A stretch of DNA of 64,000 nt from Lobosporangium transversale. Its lineage: Eukaryota. Below are positions 53,170 to 64,000 of this stretch, piece after piece. The stretch is taken from NCBI RefSeq assembly GCF_002105155.1, contig NW_019028997.1:434001-498000 (forward strand). Direction: 5' to 3'. The notes under the pieces were generated by a model. The model saw only the letters and a program-made list of their open reading frames with translations, was not told the origin of the DNA and did not search any database. Position numbers and translations under genes: made by a program. How positions within the stretch are numbered: the first letter of the stretch is position 1; each line of letters starts with the position of its first letter.

Positions 53170-53380
53170 GCGCATTTATTGAAAAAAAAAAAAAAAAATT
53201 ATTGATTGTTAGGCTCGTGATGTGACTGCTTAGTCTGAAACAAATCTCTTAGCTCATTGTGAAACCTCTACGACTTTAAGAAATAGAAGATTGAATAGAT
53301 TGGTGGGAGTATAAGGTATATAAGCGTGTCTTGTAAGTCTTTTTTTTTTTTTTTTTTTTTTTTTCCTTCCGGTCCTCTTT

Positions 53381-54766
53381 TTAGGCTTTTGAAGGGGGTA
53401 TAACTTTATCATCACTCACAATAATGACCTCCTCCATCTCCTCACCATCAAATTTCTCTGTCAATTGATGATGATGGTGATGATAATGATGCTGCTCTTG
53501 TTCTTGACGTTGATGTTGTTGCTGTTGTTGCTGTAGTTTCCGTTGTTCTTCTTCAACCTTGCTCCACATCGTATCAATCTGCAACATATCCTTCTCATAT
53601 TGTGCTTGATCCCTTGCCTTCTGAGCTTTCCCACCCATGAACAACAACACCAATGGCAACACACACATATTCGCAATGGCGATCAAGACACAGGTCCAGA
53701 TCATACTTGCTCCCTCATAAACAACTGTCCCTAATAAAGATCCCAGAGCTGTCCCCAGTGAAAAACACATGTTGGAACACGCGAGTGCCCTAGCAAATCC
53801 ATCGCCTGCACCCGTGGTCCGAACTACGGCCGAAATTTCACCCAGGACTGGGGTCAAGTAGATTGAGAACATGGATCCAATCGCAGTCAACAGGAGGACA
53901 ATAGCCCAAAGAGGGTTTCCAGGTAGACCGAGGAGGACCACAAAGATAGTACAGAATCCAATCGCAACAGCAGACATGATCTTTGCTCCATGTTTATCCG
54001 AGAACCAGCCGGCAATGGGAGATATGAACGTAGGAAGGTTTAAAGCAAGAAAGGAGAGACCGATCAGGGTCTCTGAAAGATTGAATTGACGACTTAGGTA
54101 AAGAGGTAACACTGGCTCGAACACTGGATTTGTTTAAATAAAGAAGAAGGAGGGAAAAAAATGTGTCAATTGCTAATTACGACATGAAACAAAAAAAAAA
54201 AAAAAAGAAAAAAAGAAAAAGCACTTTTATTTCATTTTTTTTCTTTCTTTTACCTGCAAAGAGAAAGCCATCCAAGAAACTGATCGACAGCGCAGTGATC
54301 AAACGTTTACTCGAGAGAAGGCCTTTAATCGTCTCAAATCTGGATGTGCATGTTGTTGTGGTCATTGATGGCAAAGTAGAGTTGTAGTCCAATGTATCAT
54401 CACTTGGACTCTGGACTGTGATCCTATCAAGGGGTTGATTGTAATTATTTCTCAAAAAGTCCTTTATAGCCTTCACTTTCTCCCTCTGTGCCTCGATAAA
54501 TGACAGGCGAACACAAAGATCAAGCCCGATGAGGACCAAACAAAAGATGTAAGGAGCTCTTGGACCAACATGTTCAAGGAGAGCACCTCCTAGGGGAGGG
54601 CCAGCCATCAACCCAACGGCCTGACCAACCAAGGCCTTGCCCATCTCGACTCCCAACTGGTTTGAAGGATAGGTATCAGAGAGCAAAGCGAAGCCTAGAG
54701 TGACAGTCGAGCCTCCTGCGAGACCAGCGCAGAAGCGAGAAAGCAAAAGAAGCTTGATAAAACAAT

Positions 54767-54806
<40 letters not shown>

Positions 54807-55557
54807 AGGAAACAAAAATATAAAGTTAAGTTATTTAGCATTGATTGCTGCGTCAAAATGAATAAATAAAATAAAAATGCTCTTTAGAACTTACCGAAAA
54901 GCTCTCTGTGGATTCCATAAACAGGAAGGTGGACATCAATAAGGATATTAGTCCGGCAATCATCAGTTTCCGGCGATTGTTTAACCTATCAGAGATGATG
55001 CCCGCGATGGGCGAAGCAATAAAGTGACCAAAACCATAACACGCAACAAGCCCGCCATTCGCTGTGGAATTGTACCCCAGATCCTCGAGGATAAAAGGGG
55101 TAATGGGCATGATGACCCCATAACATAACGCGTCCACGAAAAGAGCGAGACCCACGGCGAATGACAGGAAGCCACTGGAGCTACGGAAGTGTCTGAAGCG
55201 AGTAGCAAAAAGTTCACGAACATTACTGCCACCTTCACCCGGATGATTTGAACCAAGGGAAATTGAAAGGGAAGAGAGGGAAGAAAAGGAGGAGGAGGTG
55301 TAGGAGGATATAGAGGAAGAAGAGAAGGAGGAGGAGGAATTGGTGGAAACAGTCAGAGGTCTGACCGCTTTTGCTTGAGCGAAGCGTTTTGACCAAGGAA
55401 GGGTATGATTTACATTTAGGGTAAAAGAAGAAGAGGAAGGTGGTTGTTCAGGGCTGTTGATTGTTGATTTGTTGGGGTTCAATCCTTGTTCAGGGCCAAA
55501 GGTCTTGTCCCTATTACTTGAAAAAAACGGTAAAGGCATCCGTGAGATGGCTGACAT
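53381..55557 (-). CDS. MFS transporter (SLC18/vesicular amine transporter-like); exons 55557-54895, 54752-54254, 54123-53381
   Basis: About 12 hydrophobic helices; DALCYGVIMPITP, GIISDRLNNRR, SRFCAGLAG, GPPLGG, EPVLP and GWFSDKHG; in-frame introns. Confidence 0.9.
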
Positions 55558-56264
55558 GTTATCTTTTGAGGATCTTCCTTTGGGTATTGATGAGATGACA
55601 GCATCTTTCTATTAAAGAAGAACGCAATGTAAAAGATAAAAAAAATAAAAGAAAAAGGGTTATTAATTCTAATCGTGAGCACAAAGTTGCGCCTGATGCA
55701 AGCAATTGACGACACGAATTGGCAACGCTCTTTCCTTTTTTACTTTTATTTCTTTATTCTTTTAATTAAACTGTAGTAGGTTCTTTTAAAAACTATCCTC
55801 TTTTCTTTTCCTTTTCTTTTCTTTTTTTTTTTTTTTTTTTTTTTTTAGTACTATCTATAAAAAATAAACGATCAAATTAAAAAATTAAGGCCAACTTACA
55901 TTGAAGTGAGGATCGGAGATCATTTTAGATGTGAGATGTAAGGTATAAGATGTGGTGAGGATATAGAAGGATTTCAGACAAACAATTGTATCTCTGACTC
56001 GGAAGATTGAGCAATTATGGATACGAGATAATATGAAAAGGGAGAGGAGGAACAGAAACTAGTTGAAATTGTTTTTTATTCTTTTTGTCATGTCAAGTCA
56101 AAGAAGTAAATGTGGGAGATCCAAAGCCTATTTATTACTTGTAAAAAAAAAAAAAAAAAAAAAAAAAACTAAAGAGTCCACTTGCTTTCTTAGAATGAGG
56201 TTGTGGGGATTGTGGTTGGTTTAGTATTGCAACCTGTTGGCTGTCTGGCTGTTGATCTTCTACC

Positions 56265-56300
<36 letters not shown>

Positions 56301-57695
56301 CCTGGTGGAGTAGAGGTAGGAGATAGTCGGACGATCGCAGGTTTTTTTTTTTTTTTTTTTTTCTTCTTTACGTCCAATGGATTAGTAGAGTCGCAAATTA
56401 TGTCATTTTACTATACTCCTTGATGCCCCACAAAATACCCTGGTTTCACTTTGAATGCTTTCCTAAAAAGGACGGTGAGACGGGATGCTGGACTATGACT
56501 ATGAAGAAGCAAAGAAAGAGAAGAGAGAAGAAAAAAGGGGGAAGAGGCGAAAGAATAGGAAAAACATTGTGCTCTGCCACGTTCATTTCTTCTTTTTCTT
56601 TTCTTTCCCACACTCATTCGCCATTTGTTCATCCCTCCCCGCACAGGGCATGTCAATAGAGCTTATTTTTATTTATCGGCTTATTTTTTTAATTTCCTAA
56701 TTCCCACGATTGTTTATTACACAACCTGTGGGTTAGGTCGTTCTTTTTTTTCTCTCTGTGCCTGGTTCACTGTATTACCCATTATTATGTGCGATATATA
56801 TCTTAAACCATCTAGTTTATACCCCACTCTCTTTTTCTTTTCATTCTTTCTCTCCATCTCAATGGAGAAAGGGAGATGTTGCAGAACCGTTTAAGTCACG
56901 TCAAGTTTTGCTTATCAGCGAATGAGAAAAAGGCGAATAACCGATTTTTTTTTGTCACATGTCTTAATCTCTTCAAATCTCATTCTCGCAGATAAAAAAG
57001 ATTTGTTGCAGATGCGGATGCAGATGGGGGAGGATGGATGGGAAAGAAGCGCCGATTTGTAATAAAACTTTAAAGAGTCGAGCGATCCGACCAGCTCTGT
57101 TTCTCGTTGTCTTGTAGACCCATACAGATTTTTATTTTCTGTCGGTTCGATGGCATCATATTCGATCATTCGACTTTATTTGTGCGTTTTTGCCTTTCTT
57201 GATAACAGACATCATAGTTATGGGAATACATTAAAGCAGTAAATAATAATAAGGTAAAAAAAAAAAAAAAAAAAAATAGTAAAGCAATAGCGGTTATGAT
57301 ATAATAACAGTAAACTAAATTAATAGCAATGACAATATTAATATTAAATAACAATATAGTAATGACTAAGAAGATGCAATTTTAATTGCAAAAGATAAAA
57401 GTGGCGAACTAGGACGGGGAGGACATTGCATAGCATGGGAGCTTTTTTCCTTTTCTTTTTCTTTTTCTTGCCCTGTTTACAATGAAAAAGAAATTTGGAG
57501 ATTGAGCGAGGAGATTGAGATAGAGCAAGATAGACCGAGAGAGAGAAAGAAAGAGAGAAAGAAAGAGAACACATGTTCTGAAACAAAAAACCAGGGAGCC
57601 ATACAAATGAAAGGCATTGTGAATGAATATTCATTCATTTATGGAACTCATCTTATGTTTATTTGTGTTTGTATCTTTATTTTCTTTTCTTTCTC

Positions 57696-59660
57696 TCACG
57701 TATGCTCAACAAAACAGTTTGTCAAATGATCTACCTCGACTGTGTATCCAGAAATGATATCCACAATTCGAATACCTCCGATCTTTTGCACGCCTCCCAC
57801 CAACGGGAACCAATCTAATCGAACCCGTACTTCGCCCCCTGCAGGAACAGCCCCCAACTGCCGACTGTTCGGTCCACTCAACAGGACCGCTCCCATCTTT
57901 TGTTTCACACCTGTCAAAATTAATTTCATCGAATTTTGATCCTGTGCCAATGATGGCTGTGGATGTTGTTGATGTTGTTGTGGCTGTTGTTGTTGTTGTT
58001 GCTGACTCGATTGCCCTGAAGATGTATCAAATGAACGATTGGTTGGAACTACGCCTCCCCTTGCAACCGCCGCTGGAGGTTTCGCTAGAATACCAAGACT
58101 TGGACTTGCTGGTCGTCCTGAAAATTGCGTGGAACTTGAACGGGATATTTGACCAGGTTGCGGTTGATTGGATTGATTCTGAGATGACTGCGTTTGCGAT
58201 TGCGATTGTGATTGTGATTGGTATTGTTGCTGCTGTTGTTGTTGTTGCGCCGCTGTGGATCCTCCCAAGGATTGGTTCTTGATCACAATCTCCATCGTGA
58301 AAACCTCTTCCAAATAGATTCTCTCTGGTATCTTGACCACTTGGACTGCAATCTCATCCAACGGCACTGGCTTTCGTGTCAGCTGGCTCGTCTGTAACCG
58401 ACCTGTCTCTCCAAATTGGGATCGCCAGAGAATATCCATTTTGCCTAGGATGTTTGTTGTCTTTGCTAAGAGCTCCTTTCCTGGTTTTGGTGTAAGTACA
58501 TAGAGGTATTGTCGGACATCATTTGGTGCAAAGTAATCATGTTCCCCGAAAATGCTGACCTTTGATTGCTCTGTATCCTTCGTACCATTATCATTAATTT
58601 TAGTAGCATCGTCATCGTCATCGTCATCATCCTCATCGTCATCATCCTCATCGTCATCATCCTCAATCACAACATTCAGGTCTCTGGCCGTAAACGCATC
58701 TGCAACCTCGAACCGCATCCGCTCAATCCACATTGTCACCCCAGAGACGTTTTGGATCACCGCCTCCAACAAGACAAGTCCACTTTTTGAGGCACTCATA
58801 GCCGCTACTGAAACACTTCCGTTATGGTTGCTTTCCTGATTTATGACCGTAGGTGGAGAAGGATGGTTGACTTTGGTCTTGACCGAAAGTGGGTTCATCA
58901 CCTGGAATTTGTAAAACTTTCGGAAGGACTTTTGCTGTCCATCCAGTGTTGTATATTGAATCGAGCATACCAAGATATGGGTTCCCAACTCCTTAATTTC
59001 ATGCGATACAATTATTTCATTCGTTTTCCCAGATTCTAGGAGCTGAATATGTTTTCCGGCTGTGGGTGACTGTGGTTGTTGTTGTTGCTGTAGGTGTGGT
59101 GATGATGTATCCTGGGATAATTTTGAGTTGGGTGCTTGATGTCGTTGTTGGTTACTAAGAGTGTCTGAAAGGGCGAACCGCAAGGTGGAGGTCTGAAGTT
59201 CTGCCTTGAGGATCACATCTCGAACAGGGTGTGCAGATTCGTTGTTTGCACAGATATATGATGTGAACGTTTCGCCAAGGTAGATGTTTCCAAATGATGC
59301 TGGCATGGTTAGCAATTCGGAGACTCCGAAATCCCCCATATCCAGAGCCTCATCAGTTTCCTCGTGGTCTTCAAGGGAAGATGTAGGGTGAATAACTTTT
59401 GCTGCAGGAGAAGGTGGATGGACTCTTTCCAATTGACTATGGGATAGTTCGGTGAGTGCATTGGTGAGGATAGAGGTCATATTGGGCCTTGCGCCCCCAA
59501 CTGTTTGTAGTGTCGTTTCTGTTTCCGTTGCAAGATTTGATTTCCCATGAGGTGACCCAAAGTAGAGACTATGACCAGTAACAAGTGATGGACGCGACAA
59601 TCGCATCACCTTGAGTGAGATGAGATGAGATTCACGTGGCTGATCCTGTCCTGGCCCCAT
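57696..59660 (-). CDS. TRAPPC13: Trafficking protein particle complex subunit 13 (DUF974), single exon
   Basis: HLISLKVMRLSRP, PASFGNIYLGETFTSYI, FRKFYKFQVMNPLSVKTK and GKMDILWRSQFGETGRLQTSQL. Confidence 0.93.
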   Translation of the reverse strand: MGPGQDQPRESHLISLKVMRLSRPSLVTGHSLYFGSPHGKSNLATETETTLQTVGGARPNMTSILTNALTELSHSQLERVHPPSPAAKVIHPTSSLEDHEETDEALDMGDFGVSELLTMPASFGNIYLGETFTSYICANNESAHPVRDVILKAELQTSTLRFALSDTLSNQQRHQAPNSKLSQDTSSPHLQQQQQPQSPTAGKHIQLLESGKTNEIIVSHEIKELGTHILVCSIQYTTLDGQQKSFRKFYKFQVMNPLSVKTKVNHPSPPTVINQESNHNGSVSVAAMSASKSGLVLLEAVIQNVSGVTMWIERMRFEVADAFTARDLNVVIEDDDDEDDDDEDDDDDDDDATKINDNGTKDTEQSKVSIFGEHDYFAPNDVRQYLYVLTPKPGKELLAKTTNILGKMDILWRSQFGETGRLQTSQLTRKPVPLDEIAVQVVKIPERIYLEEVFTMEIVIKNQSLGGSTAAQQQQQQQQYQSQSQSQSQTQSSQNQSNQPQPGQISRSSSTQFSGRPASPSLGILAKPPAAVARGGVVPTNRSFDTSSGQSSQQQQQQQPQQHQQHPQPSLAQDQNSMKLILTGVKQKMGAVLLSGPNSRQLGAVPAGGEVRVRLDWFPLVGGVQKIGGIRIVDIISGYTVEVDHLTNCFVEHT

Positions 59661-59963
59661 GTTTGTTGTTTTGATGCGTTATTGCTTTGTTCCTGAGTTT
59701 GGACCCTTTGATGCAACGATGCTACAATGTGGAAGATGAAATCCTTTTATTGCGACGACTTATTCATTTAACATCGAATTGTCATGGAATGGAAGTTTCA
59801 TCAATGCATGGGTCATGGGTACACTCTCTGATAAAGGAGCAATGCTCTTTTGCTTTGGTAACACACCTAATACTTGCCCGTCAATTTATCGATAACATTA
59901 ATTTATTTTTATTACTCCATTGCACACACACACACACACAAAAAAAAAAAAAGATTATTTGCC

Positions 59964-62105
59964 CTACAAAGCTGACTTGCGTCCGCGCTTCTTTTGCAAG
60001 TTCTCAGCCAAACGATCCAAGAATTCAAATGTGTTGAGGTAATGTTCACGCTTCAGCTTATCGCCATGGATGATCAGAGCCAAGTCCTTGGTCATCTGTC
60101 CTGCCTCGATCGTCTCAATGCACACGCGCTCCAACTGAAGTGCAAAGTCGAGTAAAGCGGCATTCTGATCCAATTTGGCACGGAACTCGAGTCCTCGAGT
60201 CCAGGCAAAGATGGATGCGATAGAATTGGTCGAGGTCTCACGACCACGTTGGTGTTCACGATAATGGCGTGTCACAGTTCCATGTGCAGCCTCTGCTTCG
60301 CAACACTGACCATTAGGCGTCAACAGAACTGAGGTCATCAGACCAAGCGAACCATAACCTTGAGCAACAATATCTGACTGGACATCTCCATCATAGTTCT
60401 TACAAGCCCAAACGAACCCACCAGAAGACTTTAGCATCTGAGCAACCATATCATCAATGAGGCGATGCTCATACCAGATCTTTTTAGCTTCAAACTGTTG
60501 TTTGTAGTCACGGTCATAGATTTCCTGGAAGATATCCTTGAATCGACCATCGTACTTCTTCAAGATCGTGTTCTTGGTGGACATGTAGAGAGGGTAGTTC
60601 TTGTCCAAGGCCACTTTGAAGCAAGAGTGAGCAAATCCTCTGATTGACTATATAGATTAAAGATCCATAATGATGAGGCTAAGGATCTTTTTTTTAAGGC
60701 CAATGTATATACGATATACCCAAGTATTATATCTGCTGTTATAAAAGTATACAAAGGACTGGAATTACCTCACCATGGTTATACATGCCCAAAGCAACAC
60801 CGGGACCCTCAAAGTCATAGACGACAAAGCTTTTTATTTCAGATCCGTCCTTGGGTGTGAAAACAAGTTCCAAGCGACCGGGGGCATCTACGACCAAATC
60901 GGTAGCCTTGTACTGGTCACCAAAAGCGTGACGTCCCAAGACAATGGGCTGGGTCCATCCTGGGACCAACCTTGGGATGTTTTTGCAAATAATCGGCTCA
61001 CGGAATACTGTGCCTCCAAGGATATTACGAATTGTTCCCTGGATACAAAAAATATAAAAGAGATCAACTCTGTAAAACTGCTCTTCAAGAAAGAAAGGGA
61101 AAAAAAAAGAAAAGAAAAAGAAAATACATGTATAAATGTTGCTGTGCGAGATCCTTACATTAGGCGACTTCCACATCTGCTTCAAGTTGAATTCTTTGAC
61201 ACGGGCTTCATCCGGAGTGATCGTAGCACACTTGATTCCGACCTTGTATTTCTTGATTGCCTCAGCGGCATCGATCGTGACTGTTGCAATAGTTTTTTAA
61301 CAAAGAGAAAAAGAAAGAGAGAGAGCACGCGTTTATGTCAGTCAGCGAATCCAGTAAGGCACCGCAGTAGACAAAATAAGATTGATAAAAATATAATAAA
61401 AGTATTTATATAAATGTCGATAGAACAGAAACTATCCAAAGAAAATGCCAGTGAATAACATTTCTATGGGTAAAAAGTGTTATATGTTCTTTTATTGAAA
61501 GAAACATCATGGCCTCTCTCAAATCAAGTCCATTTCCTAGTCAAAAAGTCCATTTGAAAGAGGAGAGGGGCCAGTAGGACCGTGGTGAAGACATAAAAGA
61601 AACTCCTTCCCCTCCTTCCCCTTCCGCTTCCCTTCCCACCTTGTTTTACTTTTGATCCATTCTTTTTTCTTTTTCTTACCTTGATCATCAGTTTTATCAC
61701 GATGCTGGATTCCCAGATCAAAGAACTTGATGTCTAAATCGACATAAGGAAGGATGAGCTATGGATGCAGTAATGGTAACATGGTAACTGTGAGAAAAAA
61801 TATAAAATTGAACACATGTATGTGCTACGTAACGACCTCCACAAATGACGAACACAAAAAGTGAAATGTGCCCCATGCTCTCCATGCTCCAAAAATAAAC
61901 AATATTTTTTTTTACCTTGTCTCGAATGACATCCCAAATGATGCGTGTCATTTCATCACCCTAGACAATCGGAATGACAAGCAAATGTTCGCATGTAAAT
62001 GCCAAGCGCAGTTGTCAGTAACCAAAGCGATGCATCCCTACAATATACACACATATATTTATATGACTACTCCTTGCTCTACCTGCATTTCAACCACAGT
62101 TCCTC

Positions 62106-62139
<34 letters not shown>

Positions 62140-62249
62140 CAAAAAAAGCCTCTTTAGTAAGAGAAAAGAAGCATTGCCCATCTTCCTTTCTACACAATGT
62201 CATCTTTGCCCTTTAGAATGTTACCCTGGATTCTGTTATTAGGACTCAT
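59964..62249 (-). CDS. IDP: NADP-dependent isocitrate dehydrogenase (multi-exon)
   Basis: [58 protein letters not shown] and [12 protein letters not shown]; first exon MSPNNRIQ from 62249. Confidence 0.96.
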
Positions 62250-62689
62250 AGCGTAGCAGAAGTAAAGTATCAAAGTTCTCGGATAAAGAAACTGGAAGAG
62301 GTTAGGGAGAGATGAAAAGAAAAAGAGAGGTCTTGATGTGTATGAAATTATAGAAGTTAAAAAGATGTGAAGAAGAAAAAGCTGTTGAAATACTTGTTTT
62401 TCACTGAGGTCTTGAGGTCAATTGGTTTTTTTTTTTTTTGTGCATAAACGTTCATCCTTCGATCGCGCACGGAGAGAATAAAAACGATCGGAGGGACTGA
62501 AGCCCGTGAGAACTTTTTTTTTTTTTTGCCTGCACCTTATACTCTCTCATAATTTATTTTTTATTCTTTTTCGATACTCGATAATCAAAGGTAACCAAGA
62601 TCCCGTAATGAACTCCTTCCACCAATGCTTCGAGTTAATAAAAGATTTTTTTTTATTTTATTCCAGCTTTTTCAACTTGTTCTCTCTTT

Positions 62690-62935
62690 TTACAACTTGC
62701 GTTGTGTGTTTTTCTCACAGCTGTGCTCCAGATTATGTAGTGCTTCAACATCCTTGTCGCTGCCTTGATTTTCGATCTTGCGAATAGCTCCTGGATACAT
62801 ATCCCAATCGGGTTGGTGTTCTTGGTTTGTGGTTTGCGCTGTTTGTGCTCCAGCTGCAGCTGCAGCTCCATTGTGGACTTGATCCTTGCCACTTACGGGA
62901 CCTTGTTGAACCTTGTTGGATGAAGATGTGTCCAT
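62690..62935 (-). CDS. Small hydrophilic hypothetical protein (81 aa)
   Basis: ATG-initiated ORF in a GC-elevated island between AT-rich flanks; no recognised domain. Confidence 0.4.
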   Translation of the reverse strand: MDTSSSNKVQQGPVSGKDQVHNGAAAAAGAQTAQTTNQEHQPDWDMYPGAIRKIENQGSDKDVEALHNLEHSCEKNTQRKL

Positions 62936-63308
62936 GATGTGTAAATAGTATGGAATAGAGCTGGATAAAGATAGTGAACGGGTGTTTTTTTTTTTTTTTT
63001 TATCGTTATGAGTGTGTTATGAGGTTGTTTTTTTTTTTTTTTTTAAAAAAAAAAGAAGTAGCAAAAAGAAGAAGGAGGTCCATTGCTGCTATTTGTATGA
63101 TTTTTTTCCTCTCTTTCTCTTTCTCTTTCTCTTTCTCTTTCTCTTTCTCTTTCTCTCGGCATAGCTGCATACAACACCATTGTCTCACTCTATCGGCCTA
63201 CTTTCCTACTTCAGACACTATAATAGAAATATATAAATATATATTATTACATCACTGTTTATTCTATTGCAGTATGAAATCCTCCCTCTACATTTATTTA
63301 TTCTTCAT

Positions 63309-63979
63309 TTAGTCTCTCCACGCTACAAACACCTCGTCTGTCCTGAACCGTTGTGTACACCATGTCTTCTCCAAGGGAGTTGTATACCCAGTTTGATAAG
63401 CAAGAATACCTGCCTGTGCGATCATGATCCCATTATCAATACAAAACCTCTCATCTGTCGCAAACACTTTCCCATCACGCTGACTAGCCATCTGCGACAT
63501 CATCTCCTGTAATCTCATATTACATCCAACTCCTCCCACAATCAACACCTCCTTCGAACCAATGTGCGCCATCGCTCTCTCCGTTGTCTCCACCAACATC
63601 GCAAAAAGTGTTTCCTGTAATGAAAAACATAGATCGGCCTCTGTATATTCTCCAGATGCCAAAAGCGCCGGTGCGTTCGTCTCGATATAGGATAACACCC
63701 CGCTGAAGGATACGTCCATACCCTTGACTGTGTAGGGCAGATCAATCAATTTGGAACCCTTCTTTGCCAATTGTTCTACATTATAACCTGGTGCAGGATC
63801 GTTTGGTAAACCAAGGACTCTGGCGAACCGATCAATGCAGTTTCCGACCGCGATATCCAATGCCTCTCCAAAGATCCTATACCGTTTATCTGCGTAAGCA
63901 ATCACCTGTGTGTTCCCTCCAGAGACATAGAGCACTACAGGATTTTCTGCCCCTGTGATCTGACGGCCCATTTCAATGT
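63309..63979 (-). CDS. KAE1: tRNA N6-threonylcarbamoyltransferase Kae1/OSGEP, last exon (gene continues beyond the window)
   Basis: [48 protein letters not shown] and QRFRTDEV. Confidence 0.97.
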
Positions 63980-64000
63980 CTAATTTTTTTTTGTTTTTGG

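Noticed and set aside
55700..57650. Short ORFs between the MFS gene and TRAPPC13
   Set aside because: Low-complexity intergenic sequence; no motifs or consistent splice structure.

Overview
Eukaryotic, AT-rich, intron-containing fungal DNA. Gene content, GT-AG introns with long poly(A)/(T) tracts and the gene families present suggest an early-diverging fungus of Mortierellaceae type; this is inference. Conserved genes: IP6K/Kcs1-like kinase (3' part), DNA polymerase alpha POL1, PP4 regulatory subunit PPP4R2, PFK-2/FBPase-2, an MFS transporter, TRAPPC13, NADP-isocitrate dehydrogenase and KAE1 (3' part). Between them lie two transposon-rich islands (about 21-36.4 kb and 42.2-53.2 kb) holding Tc1, pogo-like, two tandem PIF/Harbinger, hAT, Helitron and RecQ-carrying relics plus several MITEs. 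The most notable genes are: (1) an NTPase-free LRR receptor-like protein with hypervariable concave-face residues and a Cys/His domain resembling the C-terminal region of bacterial Roco proteins, plus a dead paralog; (2) an EOS1-like membrane domain + GT31 + GT32 + Ig/cadherin-like fusion glycosyltransferase; (3) an intact Crinkler (UBL-NTPase-REase) gene beside mosaic Crinkler pseudogenes. Exon boundaries were read by eye and no database searches were run.
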